Positions 16,019 to 24,437 of a stretch of DNA of 32,146 nt are shown here, in pieces (positions within the stretch are counted from its first letter, which is position 1; every line of letters begins with the position of its first letter). The stretch is taken from contig CAJYHH010000218.1 in assembly GCA_913773825.1 (NCBI GenBank), forward strand, positions 1 through 32,146. The letters are read 5' to 3'. The notes below the pieces were generated by a model. That model worked only from the letters and a program-made list of their open reading frames with translations, ran no database searches and was not told the origin of the DNA. The position numbers and the translations under genes are program-made. The DNA comes from Candidatus Sericytochromatia bacterium. Lineage in GTDB: Bacteria > Cyanobacteriota > Sericytochromatia > UBA7694.

Positions 16019-16311
16019 GCGTTATAGCTGAAGGGCTTTTAGGCAAATTGATCAAAATCACAGTAGCTGCGTGAGGGCCTGCATAAAGCGCAAGCGCTTA
16101 CCAATGTTAGAGTTTGACAATGAGAGCTGAATCTTTAAATTGTCAGACAAAATTAAGCAGACTTTTAGACCTTTATTCAAGTTTTTGAAAAATTGCCCAA
16201 GTCCCTTTGGCTATGATCGAGATTGAACAGTCCCCCAGTCAGCGGCGTCTTAACAGCGCCTCACACAGATTCTTCATACAGATTCCTGACACAGAGTAAG
16301 GAGTAGCCCAG

Positions 16312-16698
16312 ATGTATCGTATTCTGCCTGACCTTCAAGCTTTTTTTCATGCCTTTATGCCTCGTTTTGCACTGGCTGGCCCGCATATGTCACCTGCTAC
16401 GGGCTTTCCGCCTCAGGCACTTAGAGCAAGTCGGCCGCCTGAACGTCCAAAGTCTGCGCCCTTTGAGATCCAGCCTGCTGAGCCTGAATCTCCTGTTTTA
16501 AGTGAAAATGAGCTGATTGAAATGAAGCGGATCTGCGCTTTAAATGGTGAAGCCTGGCGTTTGCGCATGATCGAAGCTTATGAGCAGGCCATCACTAGCA
16601 TCCAGTTTATGTACTCTAATTCTGCTGCCCGTACTCGAATGGAAGCTCAATTACTCGAAGATCTGCTGCGTGAGTTAGGGGATTACGAAGCCGACTAG
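16312..16698 (+). CDS. Hypothetical protein (128 aa).
   Basis: AAGGAG lies 8 nt upstream of the ATG and the composition is normal. I recognise no family. Confidence 0.5.
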   Translation: MYRILPDLQAFFHAFMPRFALAGPHMSPATGFPPQALRASRPPERPKSAPFEIQPAEPESPVLSENELIEMKRICALNGEAWRLRMIEAYEQAITSIQFMYSNSAARTRMEAQLLEDLLRELGDYEAD

Positions 16699-16719
16699 AC
16701 AGACTAGACAGACTAAGCG
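16693..16719. repeat. Tandem 9-mer repeat (gactagaca x2 plus a partial gactaagcg copy) spanning the gap between convergent genes.
   Basis: Read directly: 16693-16701 and 16702-16710 are identical, and 16711-16719 is degenerate. Copy 1 supplies the TAG stop of the plus-strand gene (16696-16698). Copy 3 supplies the TAG stop of the minus-strand gene (16715..16713). Confidence 0.8.
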
Positions 16720-17573
16720 AGATGTTCCAGCTTGTCGGGATTAAGGACCGCAAATAGATTTTGAATTCCGTCTGGCAGCCAGTCAAAGCTTAAGACCATT
16801 TGCAGCTGTTCTTGCCAGTAGACGAGTAAGCCCAGCGTGCCGTTGATCCAGGTGATCTGCATATCTGCGTTTGGCGGGATCTTGGCCAGTAAACTCAAAA
16901 TCAGACGCGCTACTTTATGATTGCCATAAATCGGGTTCAGCGCGGCGGTGACTTTACCGCCACCATCAGAATAAAAGACAGCGTCTTCCGCCAGTAAGGA
17001 TTTTAAACGTTCAAGTTCTCCGCGCTGACACGCTTCAAGAAAGGCCTTCAGCAGGTTTTGCTGACGCTCAGGGTCAACGGGTTGAGGCCGCTTATTGCTT
17101 TGTAAATGGGCTTTAGCGCGATGAACCAGTTGGCGACAATAATCCTGACTTTCACCCACCAGCTCTGCAATTTCAGCGTACTCATAGTCAAAGACAACTC
17201 TGAGCAAAAATACCGCTCGCTCAAGTGGGTTTAAACGTTCTAACAGCAATAAAAAAGCGGTAGAAAGACTCTCTGCTAACTCAAACGCCTGTTCTGGACT
17301 CGTCTCAGTCATGACCCAGGGCTCTGGCAGCCAGGGACCTGTATAGCTTTCGCGCTGACGTTTGGCGCTGCGCAGCTGATCAATGGCGCCATGGGTGACC
17401 ATACGGGTCAGGTAATGATCGGGTTTTTGCAGTTGGCTGAGTTCCTGGCGCTGCCAGCGTAAATAAGTTTCTTGCAGCAAATCTTCAGCGTCTGTAACGG
17501 AACCCAGCAGGCGATAAGCGAGCGCCTGGAGTTTAGGCCGCTCGCGCTCAAAAATAATCAGATGAGCACTCAT
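16713..17573 (-). CDS. ECF sigma factor, group ECF41 (SigJ-like), with a fused C-terminal SnoaL-like regulatory extension.
   Basis: Sigma-70 regions 2 and 4 are present (DAEDLLQETYLRW; VFDYEYAEIAELVGESQDYCRQLVHRA). The ~100-aa C-terminal extension carries all three ECF41 signature motifs: WLPEP, DGGGK and NPDKL. The gene overlaps the upstream oxidoreductase gene by 4 nt. Confidence 0.85.
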   Translation of the reverse strand: MSAHLIIFERERPKLQALAYRLLGSVTDAEDLLQETYLRWQRQELSQLQKPDHYLTRMVTHGAIDQLRSAKRQRESYTGPWLPEPWVMTETSPEQAFELAESLSTAFLLLLERLNPLERAVFLLRVVFDYEYAEIAELVGESQDYCRQLVHRAKAHLQSNKRPQPVDPERQQNLLKAFLEACQRGELERLKSLLAEDAVFYSDGGGKVTAALNPIYGNHKVARLILSLLAKIPPNADMQITWINGTLGLLVYWQEQLQMVLSFDWLPDGIQNLFAVLNPDKLEHLA

Positions 17574-18895
17574 ATCTTTACCGCCTTTGGCTTTTGTACA
17601 GGCATCATACCAAGTTGTAAGTCTAAAGCCTGGGCCGCTGCGTGGCCACTGGCCAAAGCGGCATCTGCCAGCCAGCCGGTTTGGCCGACCCAGTCACCAG
17701 CCAGATAAACACCGTTTAACTCTTTTACCTGAATCGCCGGCCGTCCGGCTAAACCGCCTTTTTGAGCGGTTGCCATGCCTTGCACAACATGAAGATGGGG
17801 ATAATAAAACTGATGACTCACTTGTTGGCGCCAGCCAGGCTGTAAAGCATCCAATCTGGCCTCAAGCAGCGGGTGGGGATTGTGTGGTTGATCTGGGCCT
17901 CCCAGATACCAGGCTGCATGTATGAGTGCACCTTGATCAGGTGCCAGACGTGCGCTGGCAGAATGCACAGATAAATAGCTGGCTTCGTCGAGTCCAAAAG
18001 CAGAGAGTTGTTTGGGTGCTGGCAAGGTTTTGAGGCCGAGATCCAAACAGGCTGCGCGAACCGGCTGGAGCTGCTGAATTTCTTGATGCAGCAAAAGTTC
18101 TGGCCATTCAGCGAGTAATTTCTGGACTGCTTGTGGCGGCAGCGCTAAAATCAGTCCTGACACTTCAAAGTCAGGGCCATGCTGGGGTGTAATGAGCCAG
18201 CTGTCAGCGCTTTGTTTAAGCTGTTTGAGTGGATTGTTTAAGCGCACCTCGACGCCTGATTTTTGGGCCTGCTGCAATAATTGATCAACTAAAGACTGCC
18301 AGCCGCCGTCCAGATAAAGCACATTGCCTTTTAGTGCGAGTTGAAGCTGTTGAATGGCCACTTCAGCGCTCAGTTGGCTAAAGTCTGCACAATAGGTACT
18401 AACACGAATCAGCAAGCCGATTAAGGTTTTTAGAGCCTGGCCTTTGACGGGTTTAAGCCATTGCTCAGTAGACATCCAGGCATAGTCAGCTGGGTTTAAA
18501 CGCATTAACTTCAGTATCCAGCTGATTAACCCGAGTTTTTCAGCCAGACTCAGCTTGGCAATCGCGCTCAATACAGGTCTGAGCTGTCCTTTGCTAAAGG
18601 CATGGGTACCAACAGCAGCAGGCGTTTTGCCTTTGAGCTGGATGCCAAGTTGTTGAAGCAGGCTGATACCCTGGCCTGCACGATAAAGGGCATGAGGGCC
18701 GAGATTAAACGTCCAGTTTTCCTGCTGGCGACTTTTGCCTCGGCCACCCGCCTGAGCACTTTGTTCTAACAAAATCACTTTATGGCCTGCCCGAGCTAAA
18801 AATAGAGCCGCAGTCAGGCCCGCCAAGCCAGCGCCTGCGACAAAAACAGGTAAGGTTTGGGTGTTTGTTGAGTGTTGTTCTAGATGGCTGGTCAT
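17570..18895 (-). CDS. FAD/NAD(P)-dependent oxidoreductase (amine-oxidase / phytoene-desaturase-like); the COE partner of the ECF41 sigma factor.
   Basis: N-terminal Rossmann motif VFVAGAGLAGLTAALFLARAGHKVILLEQSAQAGGR. The C-terminal YLAGDW motif is typical of the flavin amine oxidase superfamily. AGGAGA lies 8 nt upstream of the ATG. Confidence 0.75.
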   Translation of the reverse strand: MTSHLEQHSTNTQTLPVFVAGAGLAGLTAALFLARAGHKVILLEQSAQAGGRGKSRQQENWTFNLGPHALYRAGQGISLLQQLGIQLKGKTPAAVGTHAFSKGQLRPVLSAIAKLSLAEKLGLISWILKLMRLNPADYAWMSTEQWLKPVKGQALKTLIGLLIRVSTYCADFSQLSAEVAIQQLQLALKGNVLYLDGGWQSLVDQLLQQAQKSGVEVRLNNPLKQLKQSADSWLITPQHGPDFEVSGLILALPPQAVQKLLAEWPELLLHQEIQQLQPVRAACLDLGLKTLPAPKQLSAFGLDEASYLSVHSASARLAPDQGALIHAAWYLGGPDQPHNPHPLLEARLDALQPGWRQQVSHQFYYPHLHVVQGMATAQKGGLAGRPAIQVKELNGVYLAGDWVGQTGWLADAALASGHAAAQALDLQLGMMPVQKPKAVKI

Positions 18896-18925
18896 AGAGG
18901 ATGTCTCCTGATGCTTTACCCTTTA

Positions 18926-18952
18926 GACGAGATAGGGTTATGACCTGTGACA
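18926..18952 (-). promoter_or_regulatory. ECF41-type promoter (TGTCACA-N16-CGTC).
   Basis: The minus strand reads TGTCACA (18952..18946), ggtcataaccctatct (exactly 16 nt), then CGTC (18929..18926). This lies about 30 nt upstream of the oxidoreductase ATG and matches the promoter signature described for ECF41 target (COE) genes. Confidence 0.75.
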
Positions 18953-19103
18953 GATTGAGAAAAAATTAAAAAAGACTGAACAGTTTCTGTTTGCTTTAAG
19001 AGGTAAAGATTTGGTTAGATTTCCTTAATCTTTAAGTCTTTGACGCAATTTTTACGCCAAAATACCCGATAGATCCAGGATAGAAACAGCAGGAGATTCA
19101 AAA

Positions 19104-19646
19104 ATGACCAATATCTCAAATAAAGTTCCCGGCGGTGACTGGAAGCTACCCAGTATTCCGTCGGCTCCCTCACCCGCCAAACCGGTTCCCAATCCAGCTG
19201 GTGGTGGCGTTGAGCCTGCTCCTGCTGAACCTGCTATTGATCTTAAATCCATCTTGCCCAATTTTCCTGGTAAGCCTATCCGTCCAGTTGAGCCTAAAAT
19301 TGGGCTGTTAAAGTCAGATATTAAACAGGACATTCAGGAAATTCGAACATCTAAAGGCACTAGCAATGTTCAGGCTTTGCTGGAGTTTAAAGGCAATCTT
19401 GAAGAATCCAGCACCAAAGAACTTGAATCAGCTCAGAGCTATCTGGTTGATGAAATGGCCAGTCCCGACAATAAAGACGACCAATTGCTGGGTGTGCTGT
19501 TAAAAACAGTTAACGAAGAACTCAACGATCGTCGTGGCACCAATATTAAGCCCCGGCCTTTCCCTATGCCGCATCTGCTTGAAAAAGAAGACCCCAAATT
19601 AGACAAGCCGATTATCAAAGGCGGCGGTGGCCGCATCGTTGACTAG
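19104..19646 (+). CDS. Hypothetical protein with a Pro-rich N-terminal half.
   Basis: 180-aa ORF with AGGAG upstream of the ATG. I recognise no family. Confidence 0.55.
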   Translation: MTNISNKVPGGDWKLPSIPSAPSPAKPVPNPAGGGVEPAPAEPAIDLKSILPNFPGKPIRPVEPKIGLLKSDIKQDIQEIRTSKGTSNVQALLEFKGNLEESSTKELESAQSYLVDEMASPDNKDDQLLGVLLKTVNEELNDRRGTNIKPRPFPMPHLLEKEDPKLDKPIIKGGGGRIVD

Positions 19647-19685
19647 TTAATTTAGCGCATTCTGGATTTAAAAAAAATTCAAACA

Positions 19686-19720
19686 GGGCTCTGGCTAAAA
19701 CCAGGGCCTTGTTGCATTTG
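19686..19720 (+). terminator. Terminator-like hairpin after 19104..19646.
   Basis: gggctctgg (19686-19694) pairs with ccagggcct (19701-19709), about 9 bp including wobbles, with a 6-nt loop. It is followed by tgttgcatttg. Confidence 0.5.
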
Positions 19721-19789
19721 TCGGCGCTTGGCTTTGTAAGGCCGTGTTAGAATGCATTCACACCCTGATTTCAGTCCCGGAGGCCTGTT

Positions 19790-20161
19790 TTGTCTCAGTT
19801 GTCCCCTGTGTCCTCAACAGCTGACACCCTTGCAGACACAAGTGAGGCCTGCGTTGTTTATATGACCGCCAGCTCCGAAGCCGAGGCCCAGACGCTTGCC
19901 CAGGCCCTGGTCAGTGAGCGCCTGGCTGCCTGCGTCAATCGTGTCGGGCCGATTGTATCAACTTATGTCTGGGAAGGTGAGCTCCAGCAGGATACTGAAT
20001 ATCTGCTGATCGCCAAAACCCGACGCAGTCTGGTGCCGATGCTGAGCAAGCGGGTCAAAGCCCTGCATTCTTATGATTTGCCCGAGGTCATTGCTTTACC
20101 TGTGGTCGCGGGTTTGCCCGCTTATCTGGACTGGATCAGCCAATCTACTCAGGAGTCCTGA
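19790..20161 (+). CDS. cutA: Divalent-cation tolerance protein CutA.
   Basis: VVYMTASSEAEAQTLAQALVSERLAACVN...YVWEGELQQDTEYLLIAKT...HSYDLPEVIALPV matches the CutA1 pattern. The TTG start sits 6 nt after GGAGG. Confidence 0.8.
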   Translation: MSQLSPVSSTADTLADTSEACVVYMTASSEAEAQTLAQALVSERLAACVNRVGPIVSTYVWEGELQQDTEYLLIAKTRRSLVPMLSKRVKALHSYDLPEVIALPVVAGLPAYLDWISQSTQES

Positions 20162-20162
20162 C

Positions 20163-21473
20163 ATGTCTCATTTTGCTTTTCATGAAGAAAATCGCCGCCG
20201 CTTAATGGAGCAGCTTGGTCCCGACGGCGTTGCCGTGATCTTTAGCGCCCCCGAATCTACTTATAGCCATGATGTTCATTACGTTTATCGCCAGAACAGC
20301 TATTTTCAGTATCTGACCGGCTTCCTTGAGCCCAGTTCAGCGCTGGTGATTGCCCCAGGCCATGAACAGCCCTATGCGCTGTTTGTGCTGCCGCGTGATC
20401 TCGAAAAAGAAATCTGGAACGGCTTCCGCGCCGGTGTAGATGGTGCAAAACGCAGCTTTGGCGCCCATGCCGCTTATACGATTGATCAGCTCAGCCAGAT
20501 TTTGCCTGACTATCTCGCCAATCGCCAGACCCTTCATTATAATTTTGGCCAGTCTGACGCCAATGACCGGATTGTGTTTGGCGCGCTTAACAGCGTTCGC
20601 GGCAGAATCCGTCACGGCGTGCGGGCACCTAAACTGCTTCAGGATCCGGGTCTGATTCTGAACGAAATGCGCTTGTTTAAACAGCCTTTAGAAGTTGAAC
20701 TGATGCAGAAAGCCGCCGATATTTCTGCTGAAGCCCACTGCGAGGCGATGCGTAAAATTAAGCCTGGCATGTATGAATATGAAGCTGAAGCAATTATTGA
20801 GCATCACTTCCGTCGCCATAATTCTCGCATGGGCTACCCTGCAATTGTGGGCGGGGGTCTTAACGCCACGATTTTGCACTATATTGAAAACAATAAAGAA
20901 TTAGTTGATGGCGATTTGCTGTTGATTGATGCTGGCGCTGAATACGCTCATTATAATGCCGATATTACCCGTACTTTCCCGATTAACGGCCGCTTTACCC
21001 CTGCTCAAAAAGCAGTTTACGAAGTCGTGCTGGCGTCTCAGAAAGCCGCTGTGGAAATGGTCAAACCGGGCATTCGCTTTTTAGATCTGCACACCAAAAC
21101 CGTTGAGATCATTACCGAGGGGCTGATTGATCTAGGCTTGCTTAGCGGCAGCCGCGACAGCTTAATTGAACAAGGCGCTTACCAGAAGTTCTTTATGCAC
21201 AAAACCGGTCACTGGCTCGGTGGTGATGTGCATGATGTGGGTGAGTATCTTGATGCTGAAGGCAAGTCTCGCAAACTTGAAGCGGGTATGGTCACGACCA
21301 TTGAGCCGGGTATTTATGTCGGCCCCCACCTTTCAGCTGAAGTCTCGCGTGAGTTCCACCACATCGGGATCCGTATTGAAGACGATATTTTAGTCACAGA
21401 GCAGGGTTATCACAATCTGACTGCGGGTGTGCCTAAAGAAATCAGCGAGATTGAGACCTTAATGGCAGGTTAG
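20163..21473 (+). CDS. pepP: Xaa-Pro aminopeptidase (M24B family).
   Basis: HKTGHWLGGDVHDVG, EPGIY and GIRIEDDILVT are M24 metal-ligand motifs, and an N-terminal creatinase-like domain is present. The ATG at 20163 lies 1 nt after the cutA stop. The track's 20073 start would overlap cutA and is rejected. Confidence 0.85.
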   Translation: MSHFAFHEENRRRLMEQLGPDGVAVIFSAPESTYSHDVHYVYRQNSYFQYLTGFLEPSSALVIAPGHEQPYALFVLPRDLEKEIWNGFRAGVDGAKRSFGAHAAYTIDQLSQILPDYLANRQTLHYNFGQSDANDRIVFGALNSVRGRIRHGVRAPKLLQDPGLILNEMRLFKQPLEVELMQKAADISAEAHCEAMRKIKPGMYEYEAEAIIEHHFRRHNSRMGYPAIVGGGLNATILHYIENNKELVDGDLLLIDAGAEYAHYNADITRTFPINGRFTPAQKAVYEVVLASQKAAVEMVKPGIRFLDLHTKTVEIITEGLIDLGLLSGSRDSLIEQGAYQKFFMHKTGHWLGGDVHDVGEYLDAEGKSRKLEAGMVTTIEPGIYVGPHLSAEVSREFHHIGIRIEDDILVTEQGYHNLTAGVPKEISEIETLMAG

Positions 21474-21482
21474 TCAGCAGAG

Positions 21483-22823
21483 ATGTCGGACCCCAAATCC
21501 TTTATTGAGCCCTTCAAAAATCGCCTGTTAGAAGTGTTTAACTCTTCTTCGCAGAGTGAAGATGGTGGTTATCGCCATAGTATTTTTACGCGCGAAGAGC
21601 GCAAACGTAAAAAAGAGGGCGCTAAAGACAGTTGGGAAGAAGAGTCCCTGCATCTCTTTGAAGACTTTTTGTCGCTGGACGAAGAGAAAATTACTCATGG
21701 TCTGGCCAAAGCCAAAGTCCGCAAAGCGCTTGATAAAAAATACGCCCAGTCCCGCCAGGGCGAGCTGATTGAGCATGAGACGCGCGCATTAGAAGACACG
21801 CTTGATGCAACGACGATTGCGCCAGAAATCACTGCTCGTAAGCTCGCCTTGCTGGAGATCTGGATGGATGATCTCGCGCGCTTGCTGCGCACACGTTATC
21901 CGGCCTTATCAGGCTGGGTTAATTTACTTTCGCGCCCCGCTTGGGTTCATCTGGCCCAACAGGGCATGCAGCCGCGCTTTTTGCTCAATCTGATGATCCT
22001 GGCCTGGTATCGCCGCACGGGCCGCGAAGCCAGCGATAGCCGCGAAGCGCTGCTGTATCTGCAATTACATATTCAGTATCTCAACCTGGGTTTTAAATCT
22101 GAAGAGATTGTTCTGCATCTAGAAAAGTACACGCTGGATGTTGATAGCTTTGAGTCTTTGTTAAATCAGACCCTTCATGCTTTAGAGCGCAATGGTGAGC
22201 TGCTTGAAAGTTTTGAAACCCTGCTCAAAGTGCGCTGTAGTCAGGCCCGTCGTTACTTTTTACGTTTATTGGGCCAGCCCTGGCTAGATCCGGATAAGCG
22301 CCTGGCGCGTTTTCATCTCAATCAGCGCTTTGGACGTCTGCGCAGTCAATTGCGTGAACTGCGCGAACGCCTGCAGACCGGTCGGGCTGTAAGCCCCGAA
22401 GAACTCGTCGCTTTTCAAACCCACTGGCGTGGCCAAAGTCTGGCGCTGGTGGCTTTAAATCTGCTCAACGCCGCTCAGGAAAATCTGCCTCTGCGTGAGC
22501 ACACGCTCAATCCCCAGCTGCAATCAATCGGACTGAGTGTTCAATCACCTGATGTTCAAAAGCTGCTGGGCATGATTAATTTAGAGCGTCTGGAGCGCTG
22601 GATTCGTCTGAGTCAGCAGGAAGCTGAAGCTCCAATGGATCCTGGTTTTATTTCGGATGCTGTGATTGATCAGGCCCTGTTACCTGCAATTGAGCAGGAT
22701 GACTGGACTACCCTTGAAAAATGGGCTTTGCTTAAGTCCTGGTACGGCAGTGGTTTTCGCCAGATGGGCTTAGAACCTTTGGGCAAACAGCTGGATGCGT
22801 TTTTACCCCCACAAGTTGAGTAA
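21483..22823 (+). CDS. Hypothetical protein (446 aa, helical).
   Basis: Long ORF with normal composition, starting 9 nt after the pepP stop. I recognise no family. Confidence 0.55.
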   Translation: MSDPKSFIEPFKNRLLEVFNSSSQSEDGGYRHSIFTREERKRKKEGAKDSWEEESLHLFEDFLSLDEEKITHGLAKAKVRKALDKKYAQSRQGELIEHETRALEDTLDATTIAPEITARKLALLEIWMDDLARLLRTRYPALSGWVNLLSRPAWVHLAQQGMQPRFLLNLMILAWYRRTGREASDSREALLYLQLHIQYLNLGFKSEEIVLHLEKYTLDVDSFESLLNQTLHALERNGELLESFETLLKVRCSQARRYFLRLLGQPWLDPDKRLARFHLNQRFGRLRSQLRELRERLQTGRAVSPEELVAFQTHWRGQSLALVALNLLNAAQENLPLREHTLNPQLQSIGLSVQSPDVQKLLGMINLERLERWIRLSQQEAEAPMDPGFISDAVIDQALLPAIEQDDWTTLEKWALLKSWYGSGFRQMGLEPLGKQLDAFLPPQVE

Positions 22824-22855
22824 GCGCATTTAGCTCATTTTAAAACTATAAGGGT

Positions 22856-24382
22856 TTAGAGAGGGCGGTCCAGATCCGGAGGCAAAGGATCCGGGTGTTG
22901 ATGATAAAACTTTTCGCGATCTTCAACCCGTTCAATCATCAGCTGATCGGCTTTGGCGCGCCAGATTTTAGAAGTTGTCGAGATTTCTTTGAGCTCTTCA
23001 AGAATCTTGAGATTAATATCCTGAATCAGATGCTGAATGCGATCATCCAGCGCCAGCTCTAGCACCTGATCTAAGACATCATCCACTAACTCACTTAAAA
23101 TCGACTGCATCTCAGGGCTGCGTAATTGTTTTTGCCAGGCATCTAAAAAAGCGTCCATGGCCTGTTCACTCATGCGTGAAATCCGCTCTTCGCTGAGCAG
23201 GTTAGCAACAAGGCCACTGACTAAAGGCAGAGAGCTTAGGCGTTTATATTCATCTGTGGCCTGGACGCTTTGAATCACCAGATTGGCAATGGTGTCAGTC
23301 AGCTCAGGTTGGCGCAGCTGAAGAGTGGGTAAATCAATTCGCTGCAGGCTTGAAACAATCACGTTGCGGATTTCAGCGCGATTGGCGCGCAGGGTGTCTT
23401 CAATCAGCTCACGGCTGCCGCCGAGACGGGTTTTGTCTTGAATATTGGTGAGAATATTAATCGCGACCCGGTCAGAGATTTCTTCCATCACAATCGCCTG
23501 ATATTTCAGGATCGATTGATAAAGCTTAGAGTTGCGCATATTAATCACATCACTGCGCACCAGGCGATAGTACACTGCCAAAATTCTCAGCAAACGTAAA
23601 AAACGCAGCTGTGGCAGCGGAATACAGCTCACGATGTCATACCAGTGATAAATCGGGTAAAGCACTTTTTGCTCGCGTCCTAAGCGCACAACGGCCTGGC
23701 GCCAGGAATATAAAAACTCAATTAGAAAGATACAGATAAAAAACAAGTCAATATATAAAAAATAATCAATAAATCGGCCATTTTTTCCGATATGACGCCA
23801 ATAGTTTAATTCTAAATTAGGTTTGATCTCCTGCTCAAAAAAATGCTGGCGTCTGTCTAGATCCGTACAGCCCATTTTCCAAAATGTGCGAAAGGCTTGT
23901 TTTGAGCTGTTTTGGACCCCAGTAAAATTCCGCACATCTTCTTTGATCATTTCTAAACGGCCAGAAAGCTGAGCCCGCGCAAAGGGATCTTCTTCGATCA
24001 TTTGATCCGTTAGGCGAATCAGATCCTGTTGTTGGCTAAGAGACTGATTAGAGTCAGCCTGGCCCGTGCGACAAGCTGCAAAATAAGTCTCTGCTTCTTG
24101 CTGAAGCAACACTGTATCGCGATGGGGCTCGACCCCTTTGAGTTGATCATAATTCTGGGTCAGAGCAGGAAAAATTTTATAGTAATAGGGCCTGAGCTGA
24201 AAATAAGTCGTGTCAAAGCCCAGTAAAAGCAGATGCAGCAGGGCCAGCCCCAGCATACACAGATCGATCATCAGGCGATGGGGACGCTTGGTGCGCAGCG
24301 CTTCCCAGTTAATTAGATGGAGCATGGCTGGTAGCTTGAGAACAAGACTTGATTGAGGGTCTGAGAATGATTCATGCTGCAA
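22856..24382 (-). CDS. Membrane protein with a voltage-sensor-like S1-S4 module and a long cytoplasmic helical C-terminal region; no recognisable pore domain.
   Basis: Hydrophobic segments lie at about aa 36-57, 204-226 and 241-256. An S4-like LRFLRLLRILAVYYRLVR segment has Arg at every third position. An acidic residue sits in the S2-like segment (FLIEF) and an Asp in the S3-like segment (WYDIVSCIP). The ~230 aa after S4 are hydrophilic. Confidence 0.55.
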   Translation of the reverse strand: MQHESFSDPQSSLVLKLPAMLHLINWEALRTKRPHRLMIDLCMLGLALLHLLLLGFDTTYFQLRPYYYKIFPALTQNYDQLKGVEPHRDTVLLQQEAETYFAACRTGQADSNQSLSQQQDLIRLTDQMIEEDPFARAQLSGRLEMIKEDVRNFTGVQNSSKQAFRTFWKMGCTDLDRRQHFFEQEIKPNLELNYWRHIGKNGRFIDYFLYIDLFFICIFLIEFLYSWRQAVVRLGREQKVLYPIYHWYDIVSCIPLPQLRFLRLLRILAVYYRLVRSDVINMRNSKLYQSILKYQAIVMEEISDRVAINILTNIQDKTRLGGSRELIEDTLRANRAEIRNVIVSSLQRIDLPTLQLRQPELTDTIANLVIQSVQATDEYKRLSSLPLVSGLVANLLSEERISRMSEQAMDAFLDAWQKQLRSPEMQSILSELVDDVLDQVLELALDDRIQHLIQDINLKILEELKEISTTSKIWRAKADQLMIERVEDREKFYHQHPDPLPPDLDRPL

Positions 24383-24437
24383 TTCTCCATCTTCTTAATT
24401 CTTAAGCTACCAGTAACCCGCCACGAGCTACTAGCCC

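Noticed and set aside
16114-16150. TTGACAAT...ATTGTCAG dyad and possible promoter in the 293-nt phrB / 16312 intergenic region.
   Set aside because: The -10 candidate (aaattg) is poor and the dyad is only 8 bp. That is not enough evidence to call a promoter or an operator.
20073-20162. Extended N-terminus of pepP (track start 20073).
   Set aside because: It would overlap the last 90 nt of cutA in another frame. The ATG at 20163, giving MSHFAFHEEN, aligns with the normal PepP N-terminus.
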